Shown here piece by piece: positions 28,167-38,289 of a stretch of DNA of 64,000 bases (positions within the stretch are counted from its first letter, which is position 1; every line of letters starts with the position of its first letter). The notes beneath the pieces are model-generated. The model was not told where the DNA came from and searched no databases. It saw only the letters and a program-made list of their open reading frames with translations. The DNA is taken from the NCBI GenBank assembly GCA_965205485.1, contig OZ242180.1:992001-1056000 (forward strand), given 5' to 3'. The translations under genes were made by a program, and so were the position numbers. The DNA comes from Candidatus Latescibacterota bacterium. Its GTDB lineage: Bacteria; Latescibacterota; UBA2968; GCA-2709665.

Positions 28167-31100
28167 TCAGGACGCGACCTCCTGGACGGGCGACGTCTCC
28201 AGTTCCGCCTCGCCCTGCCGCGCATAGTCCGTCTTCGTTTCCGGAGGCATTGTCTTCCACACCAGAAAGAGCTTGCGAAGGTCGTTCAGAAAGCCCCTGT
28301 TCACGCGTTGCCACGAGTTCACGTCTCCGCTCAGGCGACGGATACGGACCTCTATGCGGTATATATCGTGTTCTCCCGTGGGAATCGCATTCATCTGGAC
28401 GTCCTGGCTGATGCCCAGATCGTACGGCGCCAGCCACATCCGCAGCGCGATCCTGTACCCCGTGCCGGCCGGAAGCGGATCGGACCCGAAACGTACGTCC
28501 CGCGAAACGAACCGGCCCAGGGAACCCTCGCCGAATGACTCGAAACTCCGAAAGAGATAGGTGTACATCCCCAGGGCTTCCGATCCCGCCAGGGTAAACG
28601 GAAAGTCGAAAGTCCAGTCGTCCCCATCCGGATTCGGAAACTGCCACCGCCGCGTCACGTCCGGTACGGACATCTGTTCGGCCTTCCTGGCCGGATAGAG
28701 GGTGGACAGGAACACCGCCAGCATCACAAGCAGCGTGGAAGAAACCGCCGAAAGGGAAGAGTAGTTCAACGACAGCCCGCCCAGCGCTCCCTGCTCGTAC
28801 AGGACCAGCGCCAGCGCCTGGCCGATCAAATAGCCGAACGCCGCTCCCAGCGTGGCGAACACGGCCGCTTCAGCAAGAAAGAGCGCGGATATGTGGCTTG
28901 GCGCCAGGCCCACCGCCGAGTAGACACCGATTTCGCGGAATCTTTCATATACGGCGCCCATCATCGTGTTCAGGACGATGAGCGAGGCGATCAGCAGCGG
29001 GATGAAGAGATTCGCGATACCGGAAAGGGAGGTGGTGCCGATGGAGCTGTATACGGTCACCTCGTCGTCGATCCCGACGAACATCGTCAGAGCAACCCGC
29101 GACATGAAGTCTTCGATCTGCCGGCGGACGTCCTGGCTGGGATTGCCCTGTGCGTCTTTGAAATCGGTGATCGCGATCGACCGGAGGGTACCCCCTATTT
29201 CGATGACGAACTCGTACGGGAGCAGCGCCGTATTGCTCGTGTCCAGGTGAATGAACGCCTCGATCGGCTCAGCTCCCATCAACCTCGGGTCCTGGCTCAG
29301 GTTGCGCCAGTCGCTCGTTCCCGCGGTCTCCATCGTCGTGTCGATGGGCGTCGGGCGTTCGTCATCCATATCCGCGAGCCTGTCCACGGCCCGGGAGTCC
29401 AGAATCCCGACGACGGCCAGCTCCACCCCCAACATACGCACCCGCGCCCGGCCGGCTTCCACGTCCGCGCCGGCGATCCCAACGAGGTCCGCCAGTTCGC
29501 CCGGCAGGATGACCGCGTGCCGTTCCCCCTCCCGGAACCAGCGGCCGGCCGTCAGCAGTCCGTCCATCCCCAGCACGTGCGGTTCCACCGGCGTCACGCC
29601 CAGCAACCCGTTCGCGAAACTCCGCCGTCCGCTTTCGGGTTCCTCAAAGTCGATATACGCTCGCTCGCCTCTCTTTTCTGAAATGTAAAACGCCCGGGGC
29701 GCAACCCGGGCGAAACCGCCGAAATGACTCTGGATGTACGTGAGCGCGGAGGGCTGCATTCCCCTCCAGTTCCGGTCTCTCACCAGCGCTCCCTGGTAGG
29801 GCGGACGGTTGTCCCTGGGCAACTTGTAGAAGCGCAGGTACGTCTGGACCGACGTAAACGAGAGCACCGTGAAGGTCAGCAAGGTCAGCGTGACCGCCGT
29901 GAGCCCGCTTCGGAGCGGGCGTTTTCGCAAATTCGATACGCCCAGCGTAAACGCCACGATCATCGCGGAGATCCGTCCCACGTCCTCCTCGTACACACCC
30001 GTTGCGGACTGCTTCATTCGTCGTACCTGTTCCGCGAACCTGGACACCACGATCACCATTGCCACCCCGCCCAGACACAGGATCACAAACGCGAGAAAGA
30101 TGATGTAAGGAGAACCGGACAGTTGAAACGCAGGATGCACCCACCGCAGGGCCAGGAACATGACAATGAGAATCGCGGCGAATCCGACAATACGCCTCTG
30201 GACGTCTGGAAACCCGAAAAACAGCCGCTCGCAAAAGAACGAGAACGGCAACAGCAGGACGAAATAGAAGATGACGCCGCGGACCGTGTCGTTGGCCGTC
30301 TCCTTCACCTCGGGGTAGCCGCGCGCCTCGAGCCCCCAGCCCTCTCTGGCCGATGCAATGAACCGGTCGTACCGCAGGTTCTTCAGGTGGCCTTCGGCTT
30401 CGAGCAGAGACGCGCGCGCGCGGTCGTGAAGCCCGGAAAGCCTCTGGTTTTCCACGCCGTACCGAGCCAGTTGCTTCATCCGGACGTCATCTACGATCCA
30501 CATATCCCGTGCCGCGCGGTAGGAAGGCAGGGTAATCGCATTCCCGTCCGGTTCGTACCCGGCTCCCATGGACCGGATTACCGTCTCCGCGTTCACCTGC
30601 CGCGGCGCAACGGGATCGGACAACAGGTCTTCCGGAGCGTTGATGAGCAAATACTTGATTCCGAATAGCCCGCTGCTCATCAGGATCTTGATCCGCTCGC
30701 CGGGAGGAGCGAACGCCACGGACGCCTGGGTGACCTTTCCCTCCTTCCGTCCCTGGTTGGCCACGTAACGAAAGCCATATTCTATCGGTTCACTGTTGTC
30801 CCTTCCCAGCACCTTCATATGGTCGAGCACGGACAGATAGCTGGAATCCACAATCTCGAACAGGCTCAGCGACCGGCACCTGAACAGCACGCCCATCATC
30901 TCGTTGTCCCACCACCCGTATCCCTGAACCAGGGGATACTTCCCGTTTCTTCCATCCGACCCGGCGCCGTCTATTCCCATATCCGGCGCCGAGACGATCC
31001 GTCCCTCGGCATCGAGTTCGTATGCCAGAACGTGATTCGAAAAACGGTTTCTGACAATGTCGAATTCAAACCGGCCGGTCTTTGCGACCACCTTCCTGGA

Positions 31101-32879
31101 ACCGTACAACGCCCCTCTGGAGGCCGGGCCTTCGTAAATCGGGCCTCTCGTGGTCTGCGTGACCATCAGCGTCCGTACGCCTGCAAGGCTGTTGGGGCCC
31201 GGTTGCTTGTACGTCACCAGTGCCCCCGGGACCGGCACCCTGGGAATCGCGAAGTCCACGTCCCGGTCGAACCAGAGAATCCGCCCGGACAGGCGGTGGC
31301 CGCGGTCCATCAGCCGAAGCTGGGTCTCGCGGAAAAAGCCCGGGTCGTTACCCGCCCGGATCATCATTGCAGCCACCGACCTCACCTGGTCGGTCAGGCG
31401 GTCGAAGGCCATGGCCTCGGGAACATCGAGCGGCGTGTCAGTCCGGACGCGACCGTCGTACAGGGTCACCAGGGTCATCGCCTCCTGCCCGACGAATACG
31501 GCAGCCTCGCTCTCCAGGGCCAGCGGGACCGGCATATATGACGTCCAAGGCCGCTTGGCCGGGGCCACCACGTCCACGTAGCGCTCTTCATCCGGAAAGA
31601 GCGCCCGGGTGTACTCGCGGAACCGGTGCGAATACGGCGTCAGCAGATTCTTCAGGTATTCGTCAGTCCCCTTGCGGGCGTTGTAGAAGGTCCCCATCGC
31701 GAATCCGCCCACCTGTCTGCTGCGGCTGGACAGGTCCAGCCCCACGAACAGCCTGTAGTCGATCCGATCGCCATCGGGGATCCGGTCCCGGAAGTAATCG
31801 CTTCGGCGGGAATGTCTGAAGAGGAAATCGTTGATTCCCGTCAGCCCCTCGAAGTGCGCCGACGTCGCCAGAAAGAGGAAGGAGTGCCTGGAACCGTGCC
31901 GCTGCAGCGAACGGATCACCTCGAGCAGGGCGGCGGCTCCCGATGCGCTCTCGGCGCCGGGGGCGAGCGCGGGCACCACGGACATGGCGTCATAGTAGGC
32001 GCCAACCACAATCAGCCTGTCCTTCCACCTGGCGCCCGTTCCTCCCGGAATGCGCTCGTCCGATCCGGGCAGATATCCGAAGACATTGGCCGACTTCACC
32101 GTCTGCCACTCCATGCGGGCGGTGAGATGCACGTTGACATCTCCGCGTTCGACGTCCTTCAGAAGGCGATGCGCATCCTCCCGGCTCACCCAGAACCGGG
32201 GCACGTTCACGGGCACCTCCAGAAACTTGTCCTCCGCCTCCCCGCGGGTCACGTTTCCGTCGTCGAAGAACAGAATGGCCTTCGCGCCGAGGGTCATCGC
32301 GTTCAGGTAATTCTGTCCACAGCCGAAGTCCATCAGCACGACGCTTCCGTCCACGACCGACCCGTTGAAATCCGAGAAATCCCCGCGCCGTCCGTAGATC
32401 AAATGCCCCTCGACGCCTCCGGCCGGGAGCGACGGCGTCCGGACGTCATTCGGCCAGAGGCCATAGATGGGTATCTCCTCGCCCGTGGCAGTCACCTTCA
32501 GAACGCCGCCCCGGTCCACCGGCACGGTCACGTCGAAAGCCTCCGTGGTGACCCGCTCCAGACCCAGCGCCTCGAACTGCGATCTGATGTATTCCCGCGC
32601 CTGCCGTTCGCCGTCGTATCCCACCACGCGCGACGGCATCCGGGTCAGGGCCGCCACGTGGGTACGGACGTCGTCTTCCGCAATCTCATCCACAATTCGC
32701 CGTACCGCCCGGTCCGCGGCCGAAAGGTCTCCCCGGACCTGTTCGGGCGGCGGCAACTGCCTGATTTCGAACGTATCCCTGATCACGTCGGACACATTCT
32801 CGGGGTCGAATACCACCACGAGTGCGAGGACGCCAAGCGTCAACAGAACGAGCAGTGCCCTTTTTATTCCGTTGATCAT
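28167..32879 (-). CDS. 1570-aa fusion: TM anchor, PA-containing degenerate M28-like domain, TM bundle, MacB-like periplasmic domain, FtsX permease, C-terminal domain
   Basis: SRVVGYDG, PA insert (GHLIYGRRG..VVLMDFG), AYYD..APGAESASG, NLRKRPLRSGLT, ERFREIGVYSAVGL..I..LFLAEA, STLYPARKA. Confidence 0.8.
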   Translation of the reverse strand: MINGIKRALLVLLTLGVLALVVVFDPENVSDVIRDTFEIRQLPPPEQVRGDLSAADRAVRRIVDEIAEDDVRTHVAALTRMPSRVVGYDGERQAREYIRSQFEALGLERVTTEAFDVTVPVDRGGVLKVTATGEEIPIYGLWPNDVRTPSLPAGGVEGHLIYGRRGDFSDFNGSVVDGSVVLMDFGCGQNYLNAMTLGAKAILFFDDGNVTRGEAEDKFLEVPVNVPRFWVSREDAHRLLKDVERGDVNVHLTARMEWQTVKSANVFGYLPGSDERIPGGTGARWKDRLIVVGAYYDAMSVVPALAPGAESASGAAALLEVIRSLQRHGSRHSFLFLATSAHFEGLTGINDFLFRHSRRSDYFRDRIPDGDRIDYRLFVGLDLSSRSRQVGGFAMGTFYNARKGTDEYLKNLLTPYSHRFREYTRALFPDEERYVDVVAPAKRPWTSYMPVPLALESEAAVFVGQEAMTLVTLYDGRVRTDTPLDVPEAMAFDRLTDQVRSVAAMMIRAGNDPGFFRETQLRLMDRGHRLSGRILWFDRDVDFAIPRVPVPGALVTYKQPGPNSLAGVRTLMVTQTTRGPIYEGPASRGALYGSRKVVAKTGRFEFDIVRNRFSNHVLAYELDAEGRIVSAPDMGIDGAGSDGRNGKYPLVQGYGWWDNEMMGVLFRCRSLSLFEIVDSSYLSVLDHMKVLGRDNSEPIEYGFRYVANQGRKEGKVTQASVAFAPPGERIKILMSSGLFGIKYLLINAPEDLLSDPVAPRQVNAETVIRSMGAGYEPDGNAITLPSYRAARDMWIVDDVRMKQLARYGVENQRLSGLHDRARASLLEAEGHLKNLRYDRFIASAREGWGLEARGYPEVKETANDTVRGVIFYFVLLLPFSFFCERLFFGFPDVQRRIVGFAAILIVMFLALRWVHPAFQLSGSPYIIFLAFVILCLGGVAMVIVVSRFAEQVRRMKQSATGVYEEDVGRISAMIVAFTLGVSNLRKRPLRSGLTAVTLTLLTFTVLSFTSVQTYLRFYKLPRDNRPPYQGALVRDRNWRGMQPSALTYIQSHFGGFARVAPRAFYISEKRGERAYIDFEEPESGRRSFANGLLGVTPVEPHVLGMDGLLTAGRWFREGERHAVILPGELADLVGIAGADVEAGRARVRMLGVELAVVGILDSRAVDRLADMDDERPTPIDTTMETAGTSDWRNLSQDPRLMGAEPIEAFIHLDTSNTALLPYEFVIEIGGTLRSIAITDFKDAQGNPSQDVRRQIEDFMSRVALTMFVGIDDEVTVYSSIGTTSLSGIANLFIPLLIASLIVLNTMMGAVYERFREIGVYSAVGLAPSHISALFLAEAAVFATLGAAFGYLIGQALALVLYEQGALGGLSLNYSSLSAVSSTLLVMLAVFLSTLYPARKAEQMSVPDVTRRWQFPNPDGDDWTFDFPFTLAGSEALGMYTYLFRSFESFGEGSLGRFVSRDVRFGSDPLPAGTGYRIALRMWLAPYDLGISQDVQMNAIPTGEHDIYRIEVRIRRLSGDVNSWQRVNRGFLNDLRKLFLVWKTMPPETKTDYARQGEAELETSPVQEVAS

Positions 32880-32898
32880 CGTTCACCCTTACACAGGA

Positions 32899-34863
32899 CT
32901 ATTCGATCCACGGGTGGATGCTGTGTCCGGCTCCGGGGAACATGAACATATCCACGAGGAACGCCCCCGTTATGCCCAGAACGTGCCCCACGAGCAGGCC
33001 CAGGAAGAACGGCTGCGCCTGCCGAAACAGCGAATTCCCGCCAACCCGCAGGATAACCGTCTTGCACGACCAGGCCAGAAACAGCGTCAGCGCAAAATTC
33101 CGTACCAGGTCCGTGCCCATGATGGCGAACCCCACCGGGTGGATCGGCCACCACGGAAACCGGTAGCGGAGGAACGTGAGGACGACCATAACAGCGGCGC
33201 CGATACCAAAGAACATGATCCGGTTCCAGTCGACATCGAACGGCTCCTTGATCTTGCTCACCGTATCCGGAAAGTTGTGAACCCCCCCGCAGATGAAGCC
33301 GTGTCCGAAATTCTCGGCGCCGCGCGTGTAGCCGAGATATAGCGTCCCGATGATCACAACCAGGGTCGTCGCCAGGAAAGACAGGCCCACGGCCCAGAAC
33401 AGGCGCCTTCCGCGGTCCCGGACCTGTTCTCCCACCTTGGCCACGTGGGACATCTGCGAGGTCGAATTCGCGTGGATCGGATACGAAAACAGGAGCGTGG
33501 TGAGGCTGGACGGCGACACGGCTTTGGCACCCAGCAGATAGACCGAAAAGCTCTGCGCCGTCATAGGACCCTGCACGTACAGGAGGCCCGATTCGGCAAT
33601 AATCCGCGCAACGCCGATGTAGAGGATAAACAACATCGCCACCAGCGGAATGGCCATCTGCAGGTCCATGCCCGCCCGGTTCAGCCAAACGACCGTGAAC
33701 ACGAATCCCACAAGAATGCCGACGACCGCCGTGCGGTACGACAACATCTCACGCGAATCGTCCACGGAATGGTCCGACCGCCAGGCCTTCATCACCACGT
33801 CTTTCAGGTGGCGCCTGGCCATCCACAGACCGAACAACACGAAGACGCAAAACGCGCCAAGGCCCTGCCAGCTCGATGCGGCGTCATAGGAACCGTACCG
33901 GTCGCCGCGCCCGCCGATACTGTAGCCCAGCCTGTTGAAGATGCCGAATTCCAGCACGAACACCGCGAAGAAGAACCACACGCTGAACAGAACGTCCAGA
34001 TTCGCGAAATAGGAAAACGCGAACGTAAACGGATCGATATAGCTGAACATCGGCGGCATATCCCGGCCGAAGAAGGCGTACACCCGCCCCCGGACCGGCA
34101 TCTCGGGGAAGGCGGGGGAGATCCAGGGCAGCGCGTTCCAGAAAATAAAGACGAACGCGAACCCCGCCCCGAACCAGAACAGCTTTCCGCGGGCGAATCT
34201 CGGCCACAAACCGCCGGTTTCGGAACCGGAGGCCATTTCCACGATCGGTTCCAGGACCGGGTACCGCAGCCGCTCGTGTTCCACCCATTGTTTCCGGAGG
34301 ATCACCGAAAGCGAAGCCGCGGCGAAAGCCAGCACGCAGAACAGAAGCACCCACCAGAACATGGGAACGACCCACGCCCCCCATGGAATCGCGCCCTGCC
34401 CGCCGGGCAGGCCGTTGAACAGAAGCGTAACGGCGCCGTCCACGTCAAGGGGCGCGACCCACGAAGGCAGGTGCGGGTGAAGAAGGGCGCCCCACTGGTT
34501 TTCCGGAGTGGCCAGGTAGTACGGAATGGTTATAAAGGCATACAGTGCCGCGATGGGGGCGCCGCCCATCAGCCCCATCGCGAATATCGTCAGGATCTCC
34601 GCGAGGCTCAGCCCGGCGGACCGGACGACCCGCCTCAGGAAGGGATTCAGGACGAACAAGACGAGAAGAATCGCGATAAACAGGGCAGGCGAAAGAAATC
34701 CGGCCGTCACGCCGGACGACCGGATCACCCGGCTGGAAAAAATACCCCAGCCCTGTATGAACAGAGCGACGCCGAGCCCGATGGCAACCGCCCGCACAGT
34801 TACGCCGCGTCGTTCCAGGCCTGACGCCGCTTCAGGAATCGAATCCGGTTGCGCTTGCTGCAT
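32899..34863 (-). CDS. DUF6785/DUF6784-family polytopic membrane protein, second paralogue
   Basis: YLATPENQW, KQWVEHERLRYP, RIIAESG, WWPIHPVG, PFFLGLLVG. ATG 34863 with GGAG 6 nt upstream; alternative TTG at 34887. Confidence 0.75.
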   Translation of the reverse strand: MQQAQPDSIPEAASGLERRGVTVRAVAIGLGVALFIQGWGIFSSRVIRSSGVTAGFLSPALFIAILLVLFVLNPFLRRVVRSAGLSLAEILTIFAMGLMGGAPIAALYAFITIPYYLATPENQWGALLHPHLPSWVAPLDVDGAVTLLFNGLPGGQGAIPWGAWVVPMFWWVLLFCVLAFAAASLSVILRKQWVEHERLRYPVLEPIVEMASGSETGGLWPRFARGKLFWFGAGFAFVFIFWNALPWISPAFPEMPVRGRVYAFFGRDMPPMFSYIDPFTFAFSYFANLDVLFSVWFFFAVFVLEFGIFNRLGYSIGGRGDRYGSYDAASSWQGLGAFCVFVLFGLWMARRHLKDVVMKAWRSDHSVDDSREMLSYRTAVVGILVGFVFTVVWLNRAGMDLQMAIPLVAMLFILYIGVARIIAESGLLYVQGPMTAQSFSVYLLGAKAVSPSSLTTLLFSYPIHANSTSQMSHVAKVGEQVRDRGRRLFWAVGLSFLATTLVVIIGTLYLGYTRGAENFGHGFICGGVHNFPDTVSKIKEPFDVDWNRIMFFGIGAAVMVVLTFLRYRFPWWPIHPVGFAIMGTDLVRNFALTLFLAWSCKTVILRVGGNSLFRQAQPFFLGLLVGHVLGITGAFLVDMFMFPGAGHSIHPWIE

Positions 34864-34973
34864 ATCCTGCTCCAGGTCTAAGGACAACGAAATTGGATTG
34901 GCTGGTCACACGTCCCGGCTGCCGCACGGCCTGCCGTCCCACCTGCTACAGAAGACGTGCAACCACGACGCGC

Positions 34974-35001
34974 ATAATATGGAAATATCTTGATTTTTCA
35001 A
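34974..35001 (-). promoter_or_regulatory. Putative sigma70 promoter for the DUF6785-FtsX-lyase operon
   Basis: Minus strand TTGAAA-16 nt-TATTAT in an AT-rich gap. A CTTGA-N4-TCAAG inverted repeat overlaps the -35. Confidence 0.4.
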
Positions 35002-35083
35002 GGAAAAAGACCTCTACATTCGAACTCTGGGCCGTGTCATCGAGCCCCGAGGCGGCATTCTCCCATCCGGTATTGAACGGTCT

Positions 35084-38000
35084 TCAGCCTCGTCGCGTCA
35101 GGCATTCGCTCCCGGAATTCGGAATCGAAATCCGATCGCCGGGTTTGAAGTCCAGGACTTCGAACCGGCTGCCCGGCCGCAGCCCTGCAACCGATTCCAG
35201 CCGCATCTTCTTGAATGCAAGCAGTTCGACGATCCGCGATGCGAAGCCGCCGTCCTCCGTCCGCAGCAGCTTTCCGCTGTATTCGCCCTTGTCCCCGCTG
35301 TTGTTGAAACCCCAGGCAAAGGCGAGCGGCACGTCGCAGACCAGAACGTCCGGTGCCTCGACCGAGACAACCGTCCCCCGCGCCAGCCGGGGATCGCCCT
35401 GCTGCAGGAGGAGGCGAGCTTTATTCCCTTCCTTTGCGGCGGCAACCCGATATGCGGATCTGTGAGAATACGGTGTTTCCGCTTCGCCAGATTCCACCCG
35501 GCACAGGCGTCCCTCCAGCGGCATCCCGTCCGGGAGACACCGGTCGATCGTCACGGATTCTCCGTCGGCATCCAGTCCCACGATCCGGGCGTCGAAACCT
35601 TTCCGCGAGAGCCGCGTTTCGGTGTCGCCATACCGCAGTCCCGTTCCTTCCACAAGGTGAAGCATCACCTTTCCATTCCGTTCGCGAACGACGCCGAACC
35701 GACCTTCGAGCGCGATCGGTACCCCATCGCCATCCCGGATTTCCATTCTGCCGCGCCTCGAAAACAGATGCGTGTCCCTCCGGCCGTCCGCCAGTTCGAC
35801 CCGCACGGCGGCGTTACCTGTTTCTTCCTCGCGCGCAAGCACCCTAACGCCCGTCACGTTGCTCGAACCGGAAAACGCTTCAAATACACTGACGAAAAGG
35901 CTCTTCAGATCTTCGCCTTCCCTCCGGACGATCAGTCGATGGATCTGCTGGTCACCTCGCAGATCGGGACCTTTCGCCGCCACCAGCGTCGCCGACGGAT
36001 CTGCGGGAAACCAGACGCCGAACCGGGTGTCCCGCGCGTCTCCGAACCGCCAATGAGCGTACGCGTCCCGATCCAGCGGGGCGGTTTTGACGTCGTGGAT
36101 GAACGCGTACCCGTTCCCCGGAGGCGGCAGCCATCCGTAGGGCAACGGGCTTCCGTCCGGTGCGGCCACGCCCTGAATGCGATCGTTCGGGCCGATCCGT
36201 TCCCCCCAGCTTTTGCCAGGCGCGTTCGCCTCTTCGGAACCGTCCGCGGTCCCCAGCGCCGCCAGTGTCCAGACCCCGGGGCGCGCCTCCGGCGACACGC
36301 CCTCCAGCGAATAAGACCCGGAGTCCTCTTCGAAAAACCTGGGCCCGTTCATCGCGTAGTCGTGAATCCGGCCTCCGGCCACAATAAAGAGGTCAAGCGT
36401 GTAGGACGTGTCCTTGTCGATATCGCAGAAGATCAGCGCGCGGCGGTACTCGGTTGCGCCCTGGTGGATCCGTGACAATGGCGCGGAATATTCCGCGACC
36501 TTGACATCGCCCAGGTCCTCGAAGGCGACCAGGTCCGCGCTCGGCACGAATTCGTAGCCCTGAGACGTGGGAATGTCCTCGTCCACGGTCACCATCGCGT
36601 GGGAGATCGCCCGCATGCCCCATCCCTTGTGCACGTGTGAGCCGGCCAGTGCGTATCCCACGTCTTCGATGACTGTCCTGCCCTTATCGTACAGAAAAAC
36701 CGCCAGTTGGTCGTCCTGCGAAAGCAGATTCGCGCCCCCGCGCACAATCAGCGCGCGGGACCGGTCGCCTGTCCCGCTTCGCAGGACCACCACGCCCTTG
36801 TGTCCTGCGAAGGAAGAGGCGGATTGTGGCTCGGCCCGATCTTCTCCGGCTGGTCCGGGTTCCGAATTGAACAGCGCCCACGTGCCATTGCGGACGTTTT
36901 CCGCAGCGCCATCCGACAGATCCAGCATCAGTTCCCTCGCCCTCAACCTTGTTTGCGCGTCGTCGCTCCTGACGTAGAGTCGCTCCAGCAGAGACCAGTG
37001 CGTGGGCATCACCTGCCGTTCCGAAGCCGGTCGATAACCGGGGAGCGCGTTCGTATTTCCATAGGAGGGGATGCGCCCGCACGCCCGGGTCAGCTCCGGG
37101 TAATCCAGGCACAGCCGGACGAGGCGAGGGTGATCGAAGGCGTTTTTCATCCCCACCAGCGCATCGGCCTCAGGGAAATCTTCACCTGAGGGGTACTTGA
37201 CGGGAGCGTAGTGGTACAGCAATTCCGCTACGTCCTGCATCAGCGTACCGGAGAAATACGCGTACATTTCGGAGTTTTCGTAGTACCCCCCGTCCCTGCC
37301 GACCACATTATCCATAAAGGCGCGGGACGCGCCGCCCGCCCAGGTGATGAAATCGGGTCTGTCCGTGGCCAGTCCAATCGATAGCAGCGCCCGGAATCCG
37401 TCCAGTTCGTGATTCTGAAAATGCGTCAGATTTCCCCCGCGCAGATTGTACCCGCCGCCTTCGGTCATCACGTAATCTTCCAGCATGCCCTCGGCGATAT
37501 TCTCGCGGATGCTGACGTTGTCATTCCCCCGCGTGGGCGAAACCTCGTCCATTTCCGGAAGACCGGAGATCAGATCGTACGCCTGCATGTCCACGAAACG
37601 CTGCCGGTTGACGTGACAGGTCTCCGCGTGCATGCGACCCATCTCCCGCTCCTGACCCTCCGGAATGTCCAGCGGACCGATCGTTGTGGGCGCCAGCGTG
37701 GCCAGCGCATCGTAGATCAACAGCGCCTTTTCGCCGAACCGGGTCTCGCCGGTGACCGCATATGCAAGGGCCAGATTCAGAAGCGCGTTGTCCGTGGGGC
37801 CGCCCGACCCGTAGGAATAAGTGCTGAGCATACTGACAATAAAGCTGTTCCACACGGGCACCGGCGCGAACCATTTCCCCTCGTAATAGAAACCGTGCCC
37901 TTCGTCTCGAAACGGAGATCCCTTGCGGTTCTCGGGATACGCTCGCCCGCACGCCTCGCAATAAGCCTTTTCGGGCTGCGACACGTCGCACCGCCAGGCC

Positions 38001-38245
38001 GCCTTGCAGCAGGGACTCCCGTTGCGCCCGCTGCAGAAAATCGCCCCCCGGTCCGGAACCAGCGCGTGAATCTCCTCATCGGATACCCGCACCCACTTCT
38101 CCGCCACCGCGCTGATCCGCGCCCACTCTCTCTCGGCCCACGCCTGGGTACGGATGTTTTCCCTCGCACGGCGAATCGCATCCACGGTGTACCAGATGGA
38201 CCGTCCCGGCCGAGGGACGGGCGCCTTCGGATCGATAGACAACAT
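35084..38245 (-). CDS. Heparinase II/III family protein with an N-terminal Cys cluster (putative Zn ribbon)
   Basis: ATG 38245 with GGAGGTGA. C-x7-CC...C...CEAC cluster; QNH, DGGYYENSEMY, SHAMVTVD. No signal peptide. Confidence 0.7.
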   Translation of the reverse strand: MLSIDPKAPVPRPGRSIWYTVDAIRRARENIRTQAWAEREWARISAVAEKWVRVSDEEIHALVPDRGAIFCSGRNGSPCCKAAWRCDVSQPEKAYCEACGRAYPENRKGSPFRDEGHGFYYEGKWFAPVPVWNSFIVSMLSTYSYGSGGPTDNALLNLALAYAVTGETRFGEKALLIYDALATLAPTTIGPLDIPEGQEREMGRMHAETCHVNRQRFVDMQAYDLISGLPEMDEVSPTRGNDNVSIRENIAEGMLEDYVMTEGGGYNLRGGNLTHFQNHELDGFRALLSIGLATDRPDFITWAGGASRAFMDNVVGRDGGYYENSEMYAYFSGTLMQDVAELLYHYAPVKYPSGEDFPEADALVGMKNAFDHPRLVRLCLDYPELTRACGRIPSYGNTNALPGYRPASERQVMPTHWSLLERLYVRSDDAQTRLRARELMLDLSDGAAENVRNGTWALFNSEPGPAGEDRAEPQSASSFAGHKGVVVLRSGTGDRSRALIVRGGANLLSQDDQLAVFLYDKGRTVIEDVGYALAGSHVHKGWGMRAISHAMVTVDEDIPTSQGYEFVPSADLVAFEDLGDVKVAEYSAPLSRIHQGATEYRRALIFCDIDKDTSYTLDLFIVAGGRIHDYAMNGPRFFEEDSGSYSLEGVSPEARPGVWTLAALGTADGSEEANAPGKSWGERIGPNDRIQGVAAPDGSPLPYGWLPPPGNGYAFIHDVKTAPLDRDAYAHWRFGDARDTRFGVWFPADPSATLVAAKGPDLRGDQQIHRLIVRREGEDLKSLFVSVFEAFSGSSNVTGVRVLAREEETGNAAVRVELADGRRDTHLFSRRGRMEIRDGDGVPIALEGRFGVVRERNGKVMLHLVEGTGLRYGDTETRLSRKGFDARIVGLDADGESVTIDRCLPDGMPLEGRLCRVESGEAETPYSHRSAYRVAAAKEGNKARLLLQQGDPRLARGTVVSVEAPDVLVCDVPLAFAWGFNNSGDKGEYSGKLLRTEDGGFASRIVELLAFKKMRLESVAGLRPGSRFEVLDFKPGDRISIPNSGSECLTRRG

Positions 38246-38289
38246 AGGCGTCACCTCCGAGCGTATTTCCCCAATGTCTCGAGGATTAC

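Noticed and set aside
28167..32879. Active M28 aminopeptidase within a complete ABC transporter
   Set aside because: The metal ligands are substituted and no ATPase gene or domain is present in the window.
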